Position numbers and translations under genes: made by a program
Shown: positions 37,132 through 48,859 of the stretch, in pieces
Position numbering within the stretch: the first letter of the stretch is position 1
Layout: each line of letters opens with the position of its first letter
The notes under the pieces: model-generated
What the model saw: the letters and a program-made list of their open reading frames with translations, nothing else
Database searches by the model: none
What the model was told of the DNA's origin: nothing
NCBI RefSeq assembly: GCF_963921235.1
Contig: NC_086118.1
Coordinates: 28,086,001 to 28,150,000 of the forward strand
Reading direction: 5' to 3'
Origin: Mobula hypostoma
Lineage: Eukaryota
DNA: 64,000 bases

Positions 37132-37249
37132 GCAGAATGCATTGACCTTCATTTCGTAAGACGCTTCTCCGAGCGGGCTGTTGGTGAATAGGCTGCGGGT
37201 TACCTGCAGGTTTAACAGCCGTACAACTTAACAAAGTTGCATGTCAGGC

Positions 37250-37424
37250 ATAAATCTTCGGTAGTTATTTTTCGACTTGAAACTCGGTATCGCCACCACC
37301 GTCCGAGCCATTCAGATTGAAACAGAAAGCAAGAAAATTGAAAGTCCAGGAAACAGAGTGTCCCCAGTCCGCCGAATCGAACGCGAGTTTTGCGGGCTCT
37401 CGGGAGACAGCGTTCAGCGCGTTG
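37250..37424 (+). other. Putative non-coding exon 1 of the B7-like gene (start uncertain)
   Basis: Strong donor TTG|GTAAGC at 37424/37425 in the CpG-rich region; acceptor ...tcaatcggcag| just before the ATG exon. Confidence 0.5.
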
Positions 37425-37799
37425 GTAAGCTTGGCTCCGCGATTTCTCCACAGCTCATCGCAGACTCTTGCAGCTTTCTCAAGTGGATCGAAATGGCAAA
37501 TCCGGTTGCCCTCTGTAGATTCCTCCACTTGCCTGTTGCTTTAGCTCTTCTGATTTTCTGTGTTTGCATTAACACTTTGATCCAGGCAGCGGATGTCCGC
37601 AGTCGCGAAGAGTCTGCTGAATGTAGAGCAAACTAGAAAACCAGCAGGTTACCAGGTTTTCTGATTGATCAACAATATGTAGGGATCAATTTACCTTTTT
37701 AATGACCTACTTGGAATTTACATTATATGAAATTCCTGAAAAACATTCGATTTCTGATCTTTAAACTTTTTTCTATATTGTGTTTCAATCGGCAGGCAG

Positions 37800-37881
37800 A
37801 TGAAGGGAATTCTGGAAATGGATTTAAACCTACAAATATATTTTTATTTTGTGCTGTTTGCAAACCTTTACTCTGCACAAG
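37800..37881 (+). CDS. B7-family Ig gene, signal peptide exon
   Basis: MKGILEMDLNLQIYFYFVLFANLYSAQ; phase-1 donor G|GTAAGT. Confidence 0.8.
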
Positions 37882-37965
37882 GTAAGTAGTAAATCGTTTG
37901 TCGGTCACTAGCTCATTCAACACTGATGATAGTAATGGAAGATGATGGGATGTATTTTTTTGCAG

Positions 37966-38292
37966 AGTTCATGACTTTGAAGTGCGAGGAGACGGTGACG
38001 GGAATATTTAACGAGGACACGATATTGCCATGCAACCTGACAACAGCAGAGCCATATACAATCACAAACATTGAATTGCAGAAAGATGATGGAAATTCTG
38101 GACTTGTTTTTAAGTTTGATGGTAGTCATAATGTCAGTAAAGCTCAGAATCGAATTAAATTACTGCGTTCGGATCTACAAAATGTGTCGCTGGTACTTCA
38201 AAAAACAGAACTCTCAGATAGTGGGAAATATATTTACTTTTTGCAAGCAAATATAGGATATAAGCAAGTTAACGTCGTTTTAGTGGTTAAAG
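37966..38292 (+). CDS. B7-family Ig gene, IgV exon
   Basis: tttttttgcag| acceptor, |gtgag donor, 327 nt, phase 1-1; EFMTLKC...ILPC...NVSLVLQKTELSDSGKYIY...VLVVK. Confidence 0.92.
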
Positions 38293-39189
38293 GTGAGTAG
38301 CAGTGTGCTTTCCCTGTTTTTTCATTTCAAAACCTGGTTAATTCTAACTGACTTCAAATGCAGTTTTACTTCCCCAAAACACCCTTGTTTTGCTTTTATT
38401 ATTTCAAAAATAGACTTTAATTATGAAAAAAGATAGAAAGTTACAATAGGTAAATAAATACTGTATGAGAATTTTATCTGTAAAACAAAGAAGACTTTTG
38501 CATTTATATAACAGGTTTCAAATCTCCAGACTGTCCCCAATCATATCACTTTCATTGCAACCAAGCCCCACTTATATTAGTAAACTCACCAGGTAACTGG
38601 TAGGGTGAAAGTATCCACTCATGCTGGATGACTGTACTACTGAGTAGATTACCCACTTTTGGTGTTTTTGCATCAACCTATGCTGGCAAGAATCCCTTGG
38701 CATTAATGCTGAGAATGAACTGCTATCTCTCCTGAGTAGTGACATACCCCACAGGCAGCGGTTGCACCAAGAGTATCCTCCAGGAATCTGTACCCAGGGC
38801 TTTGCAGCTTAAAGCTGGTGTAAGCATAGCAGTACCCATTCAAAGGAATGGAAAATGTCTCCTGGGACGGTTATATTTTCCTTAATTAGTTGTTTAGCAT
38901 AAATAAGAAGTTCAGTTTTTCAATGCAAAAATATTTACAGCTCGATGAATGTTCATGAAAGTGAAAGCCTCTGACGCAGAGCTCAGGGTCTCACTGGTTG
39001 CTGCATCTATTCAGTGGGTCCTGCTGATTACCTGAGCTGCGACAGCAATTGGGTGGCGTTCAGCCATTATTAAGTGTTAAGAGTTTTGATTTTCAGGGGC
39101 CATGCTGGAATACCATGGCAGGGATGGCAGATTTTGGAATAATGAAAGATTGGCCAATATTATCAAATAATACAATGCTCTCTTTTTAG

Positions 39190-39474
39190 CTCCCTACAGT
39201 TTGCCAAAACTGGCCTTAGTTAATTTGACAGAAATGACCAAGGTGGTCAGTTGTGAAACAACTGGATATCCTTCTGCTCAGATTCATTGGACCGTCAATG
39301 GGAAAAACCTCACATCTAGGTCAAAAAACAAAGAAAGTGAAACTGCTCAAGGACTGATCTCTATTACCAGCACACTTCCAATTATAAAGTCAGAAACTGA
39401 CCAGGAGCATATCTACACCTGTGCTGTTTGGAATGAGGCAGAGCGTAAATATGAAGCCAAGAACAGTATCTCAA
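39190..39474 (+). CDS. B7-family Ig gene, IgC1-type exon
   Basis: ctctttttag| acceptor, |gtatgt donor, 285 nt, phase 1-1; APYSLP...VSCETTGYPSAQIHW...GLISITSTL...YTCAV. Confidence 0.92.
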
Positions 39475-39549
39475 GTATGTTCATAATCTTCTTTTTCATG
39501 ATTAGGAAAATGATTGTTTAACTAATTGCTACAATATTTCTGGTTCTCA

Positions 39550-40560
39550 GTGCTGCCAACTTGGTATATTTGGATTTCCAGAAGAACTTTGAGTGGGTGT
39601 AACAAAACAAATTTCAGCATATGTCACAAGGTGCAATATACTGGCCAAGTCTGAACATTGGGATATGGACAAAAAAATAAGAAATAGGCTGGTGATTTTC
39701 AATCTGGGAGGCATGACAAGTGGGGTGCTGCAGTGATCAGTCTTAGCTAGAAAAAACTAGAAGAAGTTAATGGTTCAGGTAGCATTTGTAAGAAAAATGG
39801 CCAGTTGATACCTTGGGTTTAGCCCCTCCATCTGGACTGAAAGAGGAGAGATATAAACCATTAGAGGGTGAAGAGAAGGGCTGGAACAAGAGCTAGCAGG
39901 TGATAGGTGAATTCAGGTAAGACTGGGTTAGTCAGATGTGGAATCAAAGGGGGAAGGTACAGAGAGAAGATGGGAGTAGTGGGGGAGGGAAACAATTGAA
40001 TATATGAACATAAAAAATAGAAACATGATGATGCCATCTGGCCTGTCAAACCTGCTCCACCATTAAATAGTGATAAATTGAAAGCTGTTGGTGTTCAGAG
40101 GAATGTACACATCATTTGACACAAATCACTGGAATTTCATATCCATTTGATGCAATAAATAGGAAGCCAGATTATTTATTAGGTTTTAATTGCACAATGA
40201 TTTGACTTCAAGAATAGGGCCATCTTGCTCCAATTATTTAGGGCCCTGGAGAGCCAACATTTGGAATTCTATTTGTCTATGGATTTGCAGTGGAGAGACT
40301 GGAGCAATGGGTAACTAGGTTAATTCCCAGAGTAGGGGTTTTGACCTCTCCTCCCTTAAATTTAAAAGAATCAGTGTTGATCTCATTGGAAGGTACAAAA
40401 TTATCACAGTTCTTCCCTGGCTGAAGTGTCTGGACACAGCATCAGTTTCAAAATTCAGGATTGTCCTTTCGTGACCCAGATGAGAAGAAGGTTTTTCATC
40501 AGAAGCTGGTCAATCTACCCATGGAGACTGCAGAGACTGAATCACCAAATATTTCCGTGA
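39550..40560 (+). mobile_element. Degenerate CR1 fragments with a Penelope-like purine-rich piece (intronic)
   Basis: ttggtatatttggatttccagaag (YLDFQK) and later CR1 3' motifs; highly decayed. Confidence 0.5.
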
Positions 40561-40887
40561 TTGAGATAAATAGAAGTTTGGATATTTAGAGATATGTGGA
40601 AAGTGTTTGAAAATATAGCTGAGAAAAAAAGCCACAATCTCATTGAATGATAGGGAAGTTGTTATATTTTGGTTGTTCCAATCATTCTTTTTCTTACATT
40701 TGTTATGCTCCAGAGGCTATATTTAGCTCTCTAGGGTGTTTTTTCCAGGGTGGTTATGGGATTATACAGTTTTGCTTAGAGATCAACATGACTGATTTTT
40801 AAAAATTGTGGAGTGTATAAGCATATGATGTCAGTGTTCTTATAAAGATTGATGATGAAATTTACAGCTTCTACTGTTTTTTTTTAG

Positions 40888-41034
40888 TTTCAAATGTATA
40901 TCAGCCAAATAATAAAAAACACACTGAAGAAAAAAAGAGAAAAGCCCTCACAGCAGTAGGTCTCCTTATTGGAGGTCTTGCAGTTGGAATACTCATCCTG
41001 GGTCTTCTGAAATTCAGAAGATGGCACCATCCAG
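40888..41034 (+). CDS. B7-family Ig gene, stalk and transmembrane exon
   Basis: ttttttttag| acceptor, |gtacac donor, 147 nt, phase 1-1; ...KKRKALTAVGLLIGGLAVGILILGLLKFRRWHHP. Confidence 0.9.
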
Positions 41035-41355
41035 GTACACTATTTCAGCAAATGATTTTAATTCCAAGTAAAACTTCTGAATCCTTGTAACTCAAAGTAT
41101 TAATCATTGGTGTAAAATTATGCACAGATAACCAATGATCAATATAAAATATAATTTCATAATCTGTGAAAGATCTAAAACTTTAATGATTGCCAAATTG
41201 TTATGATCTACAGCTGGCAGGTCAAAATTGTTAGCAGGGCTGTGTATGTATTTTTGCATTTGCTTTCCAAAAACAAACATATTTGAAGTCCTGTCTACAG
41301 AGGATGTTTACGGGGATAGGTAAAAGAAAGTACCAATATAAACCATAATAAGTTA

Positions 41356-42350
41356 CATTGGACAACAAAGAGTTTGCTTCCTGAATACCTTTAGTATCTT
41401 ATGACTTTTGGGCTACTGATCATGAAAATCACCTTGAAATTTCCATATAATGTACCATTTTTTAAAATAAACTTACGTTTAGTATTTCAATTCATAATTC
41501 AAGTCACTTAAAATGTTGCCTACAATGTAAGTTGGAAAGTTTCCTATCTTGTCCAGGTGTGCTTGGGCGGTGCGGCTGCCGCATGGCATGACAGGTTTTA
41601 GTAATAATTATTGAGTTCAGGATTGTAAGGATGGAATTTGCTATCACCAGGCACAAATATTTCTATGAAGGATTTTGATATTTGAGACAGATGCTTCCCA
41701 GACTAACTGATGCCAAGATTAAGGAAAGCGTTTTTGTTGGTCCACAAATCAAGCAGGTCATCAATGACAGGCAGTTTGAAGAATTTCTAGTGGGACCGGA
41801 GAAAATCACATGGAAGGCATTCAAGGAAGTTGTTGAAATTTTTCTAGGCATCTACAGAGCACCAAACTACATGCAGCTGGTTGAAAGCATGCTTCAAGCA
41901 TATAAAACCACAAAATGCAACATGTCACTAAAGATTCATTGCCTGCATTCCCATTTAGACTTCCTCTCTGCAAATCTTGGTGCTGTTAGTGATGAGCATG
42001 GTGAAAGGTTTCACCAGGACATTGCGGTCATGGAGAAAAGATACCAGAGCAACTGGAATCTATCAATGCTGGCGAATTATTGTGGACACTTAAGCAAGAA
42101 GTTTCAGACACTGAGTACAAATGAAAATCATTAACAAAATATTTTTAACTTAGTTGAACTATTGGAAAGCATCAGCACCATTATGCAATTAAACACATTA
42201 TATTCAATAAAAGTTAATTTGTTGTTTCTCCAAATTCCTACGTAGTATAAGTAGTCTGAAGTTATATTTCTGTTCATCTTCAAGCAGTCTATCATAAATC
42301 AAAAAAAAATTCTGAGTAAGCAACACTTCTGAAAAATTTGTTGTCCAGTG
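41356..42350 (+). mobile_element. Chapaev3-like (CMC) non-autonomous DNA transposon in an intron
   Basis: TIRs CATTGGACAACAAA and TTTGTTGTCCAGTG; ORF 41682-42134 with LKIH.LHSHLDF..NLGAVSDEHGERFHQDI..MEKRYQ; flanks TTA/TTT. Confidence 0.7.
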
Positions 42351-42599
42351 TTTTATAATCAATTAATCCAAATCCTGGCCTCAGAATATGCAGCACTTTT
42401 CACCAAACTCCCACTTGCACCTAAAGACTCACCAGGTGAGTCACCCTGGAAAGTTCTGATTTAGCTTCTGCAGGGTCTGATTCTGTTATCAAACTACCAC
42501 CATTTACAGTGCACCAAGTATTGGTGTAGTATTAGGTAAAGCAAATGGTGCTGGAGAGAGCATTCCATAAAAAAGAACAGAAGCTTTTAAAAACATAAT

Positions 42600-42975
42600 T
42601 TATGTGTGAAATTATGGAGCCATTTGTCCCACACTACCAGGCTCAGGAACAGTTATTACCCTTGAACCATCAAACTCCTGAGCAGTGTGGATATCTTCAC
42701 ACACCTCGACACTGAACTGATTCCACAACTCACTTTAGACAACTCTACAACTCATCTTCTTAATATTATTTACTACATTCTTTTTGCATTTGCAAAGTTT
42801 GCCTTCTTTTGAACATTGGTTGTTTGACCAGCTTTCTGTGTAGTTTTTACTGATTTCATTGTATTTCTTTGTGTCTACTGTGAATATCCACAGGAAAAAT
42901 GAATCTCATGGTAGTAGTACATATGGTGATATGTATGTACTTTAATAATAAACTTTTAACTTTTGAACTTTGAAG
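42600..42975 (+). mobile_element. Rex/Babar 3' fragment
   Basis: TTRLRNSYYP*TIKLL motif and aataaacttttaactttt gaactttgaa tail. Confidence 0.65.
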
Positions 42976-43164
42976 TGCATTGAGTAAGTGCTTGTGTGTG
43001 TTTTTAGCAGTTAGTTGAGTGACTTGCCAGTGTAGGATAGTTGAGATAGCAATGTAGGAATTTTCTCAGATTTAAAAAAAAGCCAGACCAATTAAGAGTA
43101 GTGTGTTTTCTTTGTTAAAGGACATGAATAAGCAAGTTGTCTGTTCTCTACAATATTCTAAAGA

Positions 43165-43540
43165 GAATGAATCTTAAGCAAACACACAGAATGCTGGAAG
43201 AACTCAGCAAGTCAGGCAGCATATGTGGAAAAGAGTAAACAGTTGACATTTTGGGCTGAGACCATTCTTTAGGACTGTGAAAGAAGGGGGTAAGATGCCA
43301 GAAAAAAATATGGGAGGTGGGGGAGGTGAAAGAGGCTAGCTGGAAAGTGATAGGTGAAGCGAGGTGGGTTGGAAAAGTCAAGGGCTGGAGAAGAAAGAAT
43401 CTGATAGAGGAAAATGGACTTCATGGAGAAAGCGGAGGAGGAGTGAAGCCAGGATAATAATAGGCAGGTGGGAAGAAGTGAAAGATCAGGATGGGGAATA
43501 GATAGAGTTAAATCTTTATGCTTCCAGTTACTGACAGCAG
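43165..43540 (-). mobile_element. Degenerate Penelope terminal repeat
   Basis: tgctggaagaactcagcaagtcaggcagcat followed by a decayed hammerhead and a purine-rich tract. Confidence 0.6.
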
Positions 43541-43925
43541 GCAATTTATTAAACTGCGCTCAACTACCCATATTGTGAGGCTAGGATTTGAATTAATTTC
43601 ACCTGGATTATTTATAACTTGAGACAATTAAACTGATCGATTGTCAACATAATTTCCTACTGAAAAGGAGTGACATATTATTTGTAGCCTGGTCCCAGTC
43701 TCAAAATTGGATCAATTTTGCATTCCATTATTGTTGGAAATACCTGAATATTACCGAAAATGTAAGAACTCATTATTACTGTCATTGTTACTACTCTTAG
43801 TATACATGATTAGGAGTTTAAGAACAATAAGGAAAATAATTTGCATTATTTTTACATCAAGAAATATTAATTTACTTCCAATTAATGTGACAAAATAATA
43901 ATAATTTACTTTATTTTGTTTTTAG

Positions 43926-43960
43926 TTCGACAGTCCAATGAAGAATCAGAAAATCAAATG
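43926..43960 (+). CDS. B7-family Ig gene, short cytoplasmic exon
   Basis: ttttgtttttag| acceptor; VRQSNEESENQM; phase 1 to 0; donor |gtgggt. Confidence 0.7.
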
Positions 43961-44061
43961 GTGGGTTTGATTTCAAACATTGACTTATTTTTAGCCCCAC
44001 ACATCACGATTTTCAAAGTTTATTTGTTCTTGTTTAATAGCTTAAATAATTTCTTATTCAG

Positions 44062-44067
44062 GTTTGA
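44062..44067 (+). CDS. B7-family Ig gene, terminal coding exon (V-stop), followed by 3'UTR
   Basis: ttcttattcag| acceptor after a 101-nt intron; GTT TGA. Total CDS 882 nt, 293 aa. Confidence 0.55.
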   Translation, partial: V

Positions 44068-44639
44068 AGACTGCCCCGCTAACTTCAAACTTACATGGAG
44101 GAACCATCATTTTGTGACGTGATGTCTGATCTGCCTGATGTTCTGTTGTGCAACTGTGAAACTTCAACATCCTTCACAAAGAACTAAGACATTCCTCTGT
44201 AATACCTTGAAAGCAGGAATTGTGCTTTCAAAAATCTCAGCTCTTGGGTAAAATAACAATTCCAGTTTTAACTTTGGCACTTTGTTGAACTCTTCACCAT
44301 TGCTTTTATCTGAAGTTAATGGCTTCACATATTGATAAATCTCATCAGTGAGATCAGACTTAAGTGTCAAGGAATGACCCTGTTTTATACCTGAAGTACT
44401 AAGTCTGTGTACGAAATCACCATAAGGCAATGAAAAGAGAATAAGCTCTTAAGCCTAGTTGCACTTTGAAAGTTTGCTTCCTGTTGAATGAATCCATTAA
44501 GCTATTTTTCCGCTGAGCTGTACTTCTCAGGAACTAAAAAAGTGAAATGTGATATGTAGTCAGCTTCAGTCGAAAACAGAAGCAGAAGGAGCATTATGTA
44601 AGTGGAATACTACATGTATTTGCCACTTGTAATGTATGT

Positions 44640-44965
44640 ACGGAGAAGGAAGTCTCTGATTTTAAATCTCCGCTGCCTTGCGGCCATACCCACCCATGGG
44701 AAAGGCTTCGGGAGTAAACCCTGAGGAAGGATTTCGGAGCCAGGGTCTCTAAGGCAGTTTGATGACGTTGTTTACAACTTCACTCTGGCATCCTCTGCGA
44801 CAACGCTGGTGCCAAGCTGTATTGGCACTTGCCCTTCCCTTGGACTACATCAGTAACATGGAGAGGGGGAACACGCTGCGTGGGTAATAGCCGGTTCTTC
44901 AAATCTTCCTGCCCAGGCTTGCACCCTGGAGAGGACACAGACCAGCAGAGGTGCAAACCCATGGC
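44640..44965 (+). mobile_element. GC-rich retroposon fragment in the presumed 3'UTR
   Basis: Shares the module ggtgccaagctgta...cccttcccttggac...ggagagggg with the SINE at 45837; possible RTE origin is inference. Confidence 0.5.
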
Positions 44966-45836
44966 TGTCTATTATTATAACATATGTATCTGTTGTAATT
45001 TTTTATGCTTTGTCTTTTGAGTCAAATGCAGTGAACACGTGCAATATTATAGATTATAATTTGATCAGTTGTCTTTTCTCTGTTTTAAGGATTAGAATAT
45101 GGAAATTAACTTCTATAAAATTTCTGTTTATTTCATGTATTTCTACTTTAATTTGTTTTATGTACATAGCCCAGTTATAAAGCTCATTTGATATTTTATA
45201 CATATTTTATACTAATTATTTTGTAAATCTTATATTGTTCTTTTCCTCCTAAAAGTACTTAAATACACTAACCATTTCTAATATCTTACTCTCCTACACT
45301 ATTGCTTATGTCAGCCATGCCAATGAACGTGAGCTGGCTGTACAAATGTAAGTTTTAAAATCACGCCCTAACATTTGGTGACAGCAACCTTAAAATATAT
45401 CAGGTGGATATCAGATACATATGTTATAATAATAGATCTAGTGGATCCTCATAAAAATACTATTCAGTTCAAGTGAGTAATTCAAACAAAATGAAAACTG
45501 AGTGTCATTTGCTTTATGTTTTATTACAGAAGAGTGAAAAGGTGTGGGATTTAAAAAAATTGTTTTGTGAAGTGATTAGAAATGTTGCTGACCTAATTTG
45601 GGAAATAAACATAACCTTTCACTTCTTTTTCTCCGTGGTGTGATTCCTTTGCCAACAGATTGAACCACATGATCTTCTGTGAGTCCCAGCCTAAAGGCTT
45701 TCAGCCCATTCAGCTGTGGACCCATGATGTAAAGTGGTAGTTGTATAATCAATAGAATTCAGTTCTCAAGCATCCACTGTGGGATTTGTATTCAGTGACT
45801 CTAGATTAATAATCTTGACTTTTGCATTATTAGCCC

Positions 45837-46112
45837 GGTGGCTAAATGGTTAAGGCATCAGTCTAGTGATCTGAAGGTCGCCAGTTTGAGTCTCAGCTGA
45901 GCAGCGTGTTGTGTCATTGAGCAAGGCACTTAACCACACATTGCTCTGTGATGACACCGGTGCCAAGCTGTATGGGTCCTAGTGCCCCTCCCTTCGACAA
46001 CTTCAGTGATGTGGAAAGGGGAGACTTGCAGCATGGGCAACTGCCAGTCTTCCATATAACCTTGCTCAGGCCTCAGTCAACATCGAAAATCGATGGACAA
46101 CCGAAGAAGAGA
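45837..46112 (+). mobile_element. tRNA-derived SINE
   Basis: A box TGGCTAAATGG (45839-45849); B-box-like GTTTGAGTC (~45884); GAAGAAGAGA tail; 8-bp TSD ATTAGCCC (45829-45836, 46113-46120). Confidence 0.85.
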
Positions 46113-47073
46113 ATTAGCCCAGTATCATCACTAACTAACTGGATTCTGACACCTCACTCTCATTCCTCAATCACACTTTATTTAATTGTGCACAAGAAGA
46201 ACAGTTCAGCTCCTGTCATTGAACTGTTCTGAAGTTTGAAGAAGGAAATGCCATTTTTATACACAGATTGACTCACTGGCAGATATTGATTCAATAGAAA
46301 CTTAGTGTACCTCTGAATTCTACCATATGCATATTTAGGTACCAATAATAATATATATTTCAGGTATTAATAATCAATTAAATCCACATGCTAAAGGCCA
46401 ATAATACTTGAGATATTAGTAAAATAACTGTGCAATATTCAGTGCGTCCTGTGTTTGCATCTTTGTCTCGTTTTGGTAATCTTGGTTCCCCAGCTTGAAC
46501 AAAAAATCTGTGCAAACGAGAGTTAGACTTTCAAGGGACATGTTCAGTCTGGGTGACTGCAGTTTGTGTCAGTTGATCAGATTAATTCTTACCTTTCTGA
46601 ACTTCCACATTCTGTTCTATCAGTGCACCATTTTAACCCTTGCCTTGCTGCAATTTCCACACTGAACTATCCACAATGGGATTTATACTCAGTGACTCCA
46701 GATTAATAATCCAGGCCTTTGGATTACTCCTCTAGTGATACAACCATATTATATTCCATTACCTTTGATTACCTTTCTGATGACACATTTCACAGCAGAA
46801 AAGTGACATCCTTTCCAAAAAAAACTTATGTTCGTGGCCGAATGTAGAAGGAGATGAGTTATACAGCTCTTGTTGCATGCACGTGCAGTTCAACTCTTTC
46901 AGTGATTATGCAGAAAGTTTGAAGTTAATAATTCATCTCCTGCTACCTTAGGCCATGAGCTTATCAATTACCCCTGTTGTGGACCACTTACTGGAGGTCC
47001 AAGACGCCAACTTCTACTAAGAAGGGATCCGTATGCTCCACACCGGTGGACTATGTGTGTAAATATAGGAGGG

Positions 47074-47161
47074 GCAACACACATAAAAGTTGCTGGTGAA
47101 CGCAGCAGGCCAGGCAGCATCTCTAGGAAGAGGTGCAGTCGACATTTCAGGCCGAGACCCT
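47074..47161 (-). mobile_element. Penelope terminal fragment abutting the duplication breakpoint
   Basis: Same sequence family as 24520-24600; truncated within hammerhead stem II. Confidence 0.8.
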
Positions 47162-48859
47162 GAACGCAGTCTTTTTCTTTCTGGTCTGGAGGCTCAACCT
47201 GTGGCTATCTTGGGGTGAACACCATCTCCCTGAAGGACAGCTGGAGCACATATGCCAATTCTGTACAACATCGCAGGTCAGCTACCTCCTCCTCAAATTC
47301 AGTCACCTTGTTCCCGAAGTGTTGGATTAGCTGAAATTGCTTGCACATGTACACTCCACTGGAGCAAGTTTCCATGAATCTGAACATAAAGCAAGACTGA
47401 CATTGCAGAGGCTGCATTATTATACTTTTAGGGGCAAAGAACTACTGATCTACTGAAGATTAAGTGACTGCATTTATGTGAATTCTTAAAAGTAAACTAC
47501 TATTTATACTACCATTCCTACTTTGCTTCCGATGTACCAGATAGTGCCAGATGCCTAATGTGTGCTTGCACCTTCCTCAGACTTTTAAAATTTGTGTTCC
47601 TGAACAATTTGCTATCTCTGCTGGTAAACTATAACACGAAGTGTCCTTTGGACCCACTGTGTTAGACCTATAATTTCACCACCATCTAATTATCGGCTAG
47701 TTTTTTTGTTGAAAACACCTTAAGCATCTCTTTTACCACTGCCCAAAACAAGGGATGAGAAAAAAATATCAGATGATGATCTTCAGGTATAATTTACCCT
47801 CCTAGGTGAGGTATATAAAGACATTTCTGAGAGACTTTAAGATCTTCTCTCGATCCAAATTCCAGACTGGTTAATAAATTCGTTCCTGAACACTTTATTG
47901 AGAAATTGACAGGAAGAATGGAGAAGAACTGATCTCACTATAAAATGACTGAGCTGAAGCCAAGTTTCAAAACAAAAAATCCTAAAGATTTTTGATTCCA
48001 GAAAGAAATTTCCAAATGTTACCCTGCACTGTGGAAAAAGGTCAAGATGTTCTTTAATGCCTTTCCAACATCATATTTTGTGGAGTATGTTTCATTACTT
48101 TGAAAGAATTTGGGTGACTGCACTGAAACCAGTCTCCAATTTACTGAACATGGGATCTGAGATTCCTGCTGAGTGACGTTTAGCCTGAAAAGCTGATATC
48201 ACTGCAGCAAGCCCATCCATCCCGTTGAAAGGTGAAAGAGCAATGAACAGTTGGACAACTAACATACACTCTAAAATTGTTGATGCAAATAATTTTCTCT
48301 GCAGTTAAGAAATAATTTTGTTTGCAGCTTTAAATAGATTTTAATAATTTTTCAATGATTTGTCACTACTTTGAATTTGCAGTTCCTAGTTTCTTTTACT
48401 GCACATCATAAGTCAAAATGCTTTATAGATTTTAAGTAATGTCAGGAAAGGGAGAAGGGGGCATTGGGGTCTGGGAACCAAGGGGGTGGCAAACCAAAAA
48501 AGTTTGGGAACCACTGTTGTAAATGAAAAACAACTTAGCATTTGATTGTTAGAAGATTTGAAGTTTTTTTTTAATATAAGGCTGTAATTGAGGCCAAATC
48601 AAAAAGCTTACAAGTTTGTTTCTGAGGGGGAAATTAATAAGTCACATTTCTGGTCTATTAAAGTTCTGTGGACCCACCATTTTAGCAGTTGGGGTAATGA
48701 AAATTCATCCTTACAGATTTTACAAATCATCAAAAATTCTGAGATGTGGAATAAAAATTCACTCTTAGGGAATTTATGTGCAAGTAAAAAATAAACACAC
48801 AATGTATTCAGAGAACGGAACTAGCTTACTAAGGCTAATTGCTGGCTTACAGTTCACAC

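Noticed and set aside
44640-44760. Possible second HDV-like ribozyme (gggaaaggcttcgggagtaaacc)
   Set aside because: No P1-P3 pairings and no J4/2 catalytic C could be assigned.
45837-45900. Possible tRNA gene
   Set aside because: It lacks a full cloverleaf, continues into a SINE body with a tail, and is flanked by a TSD.
45773-46713. ~42-bp direct repeat at ~45773 and ~46672
   Set aside because: Both look like reverse-strand tRNA-derived SINE heads, so they are probably independent old copies and not a local structure.
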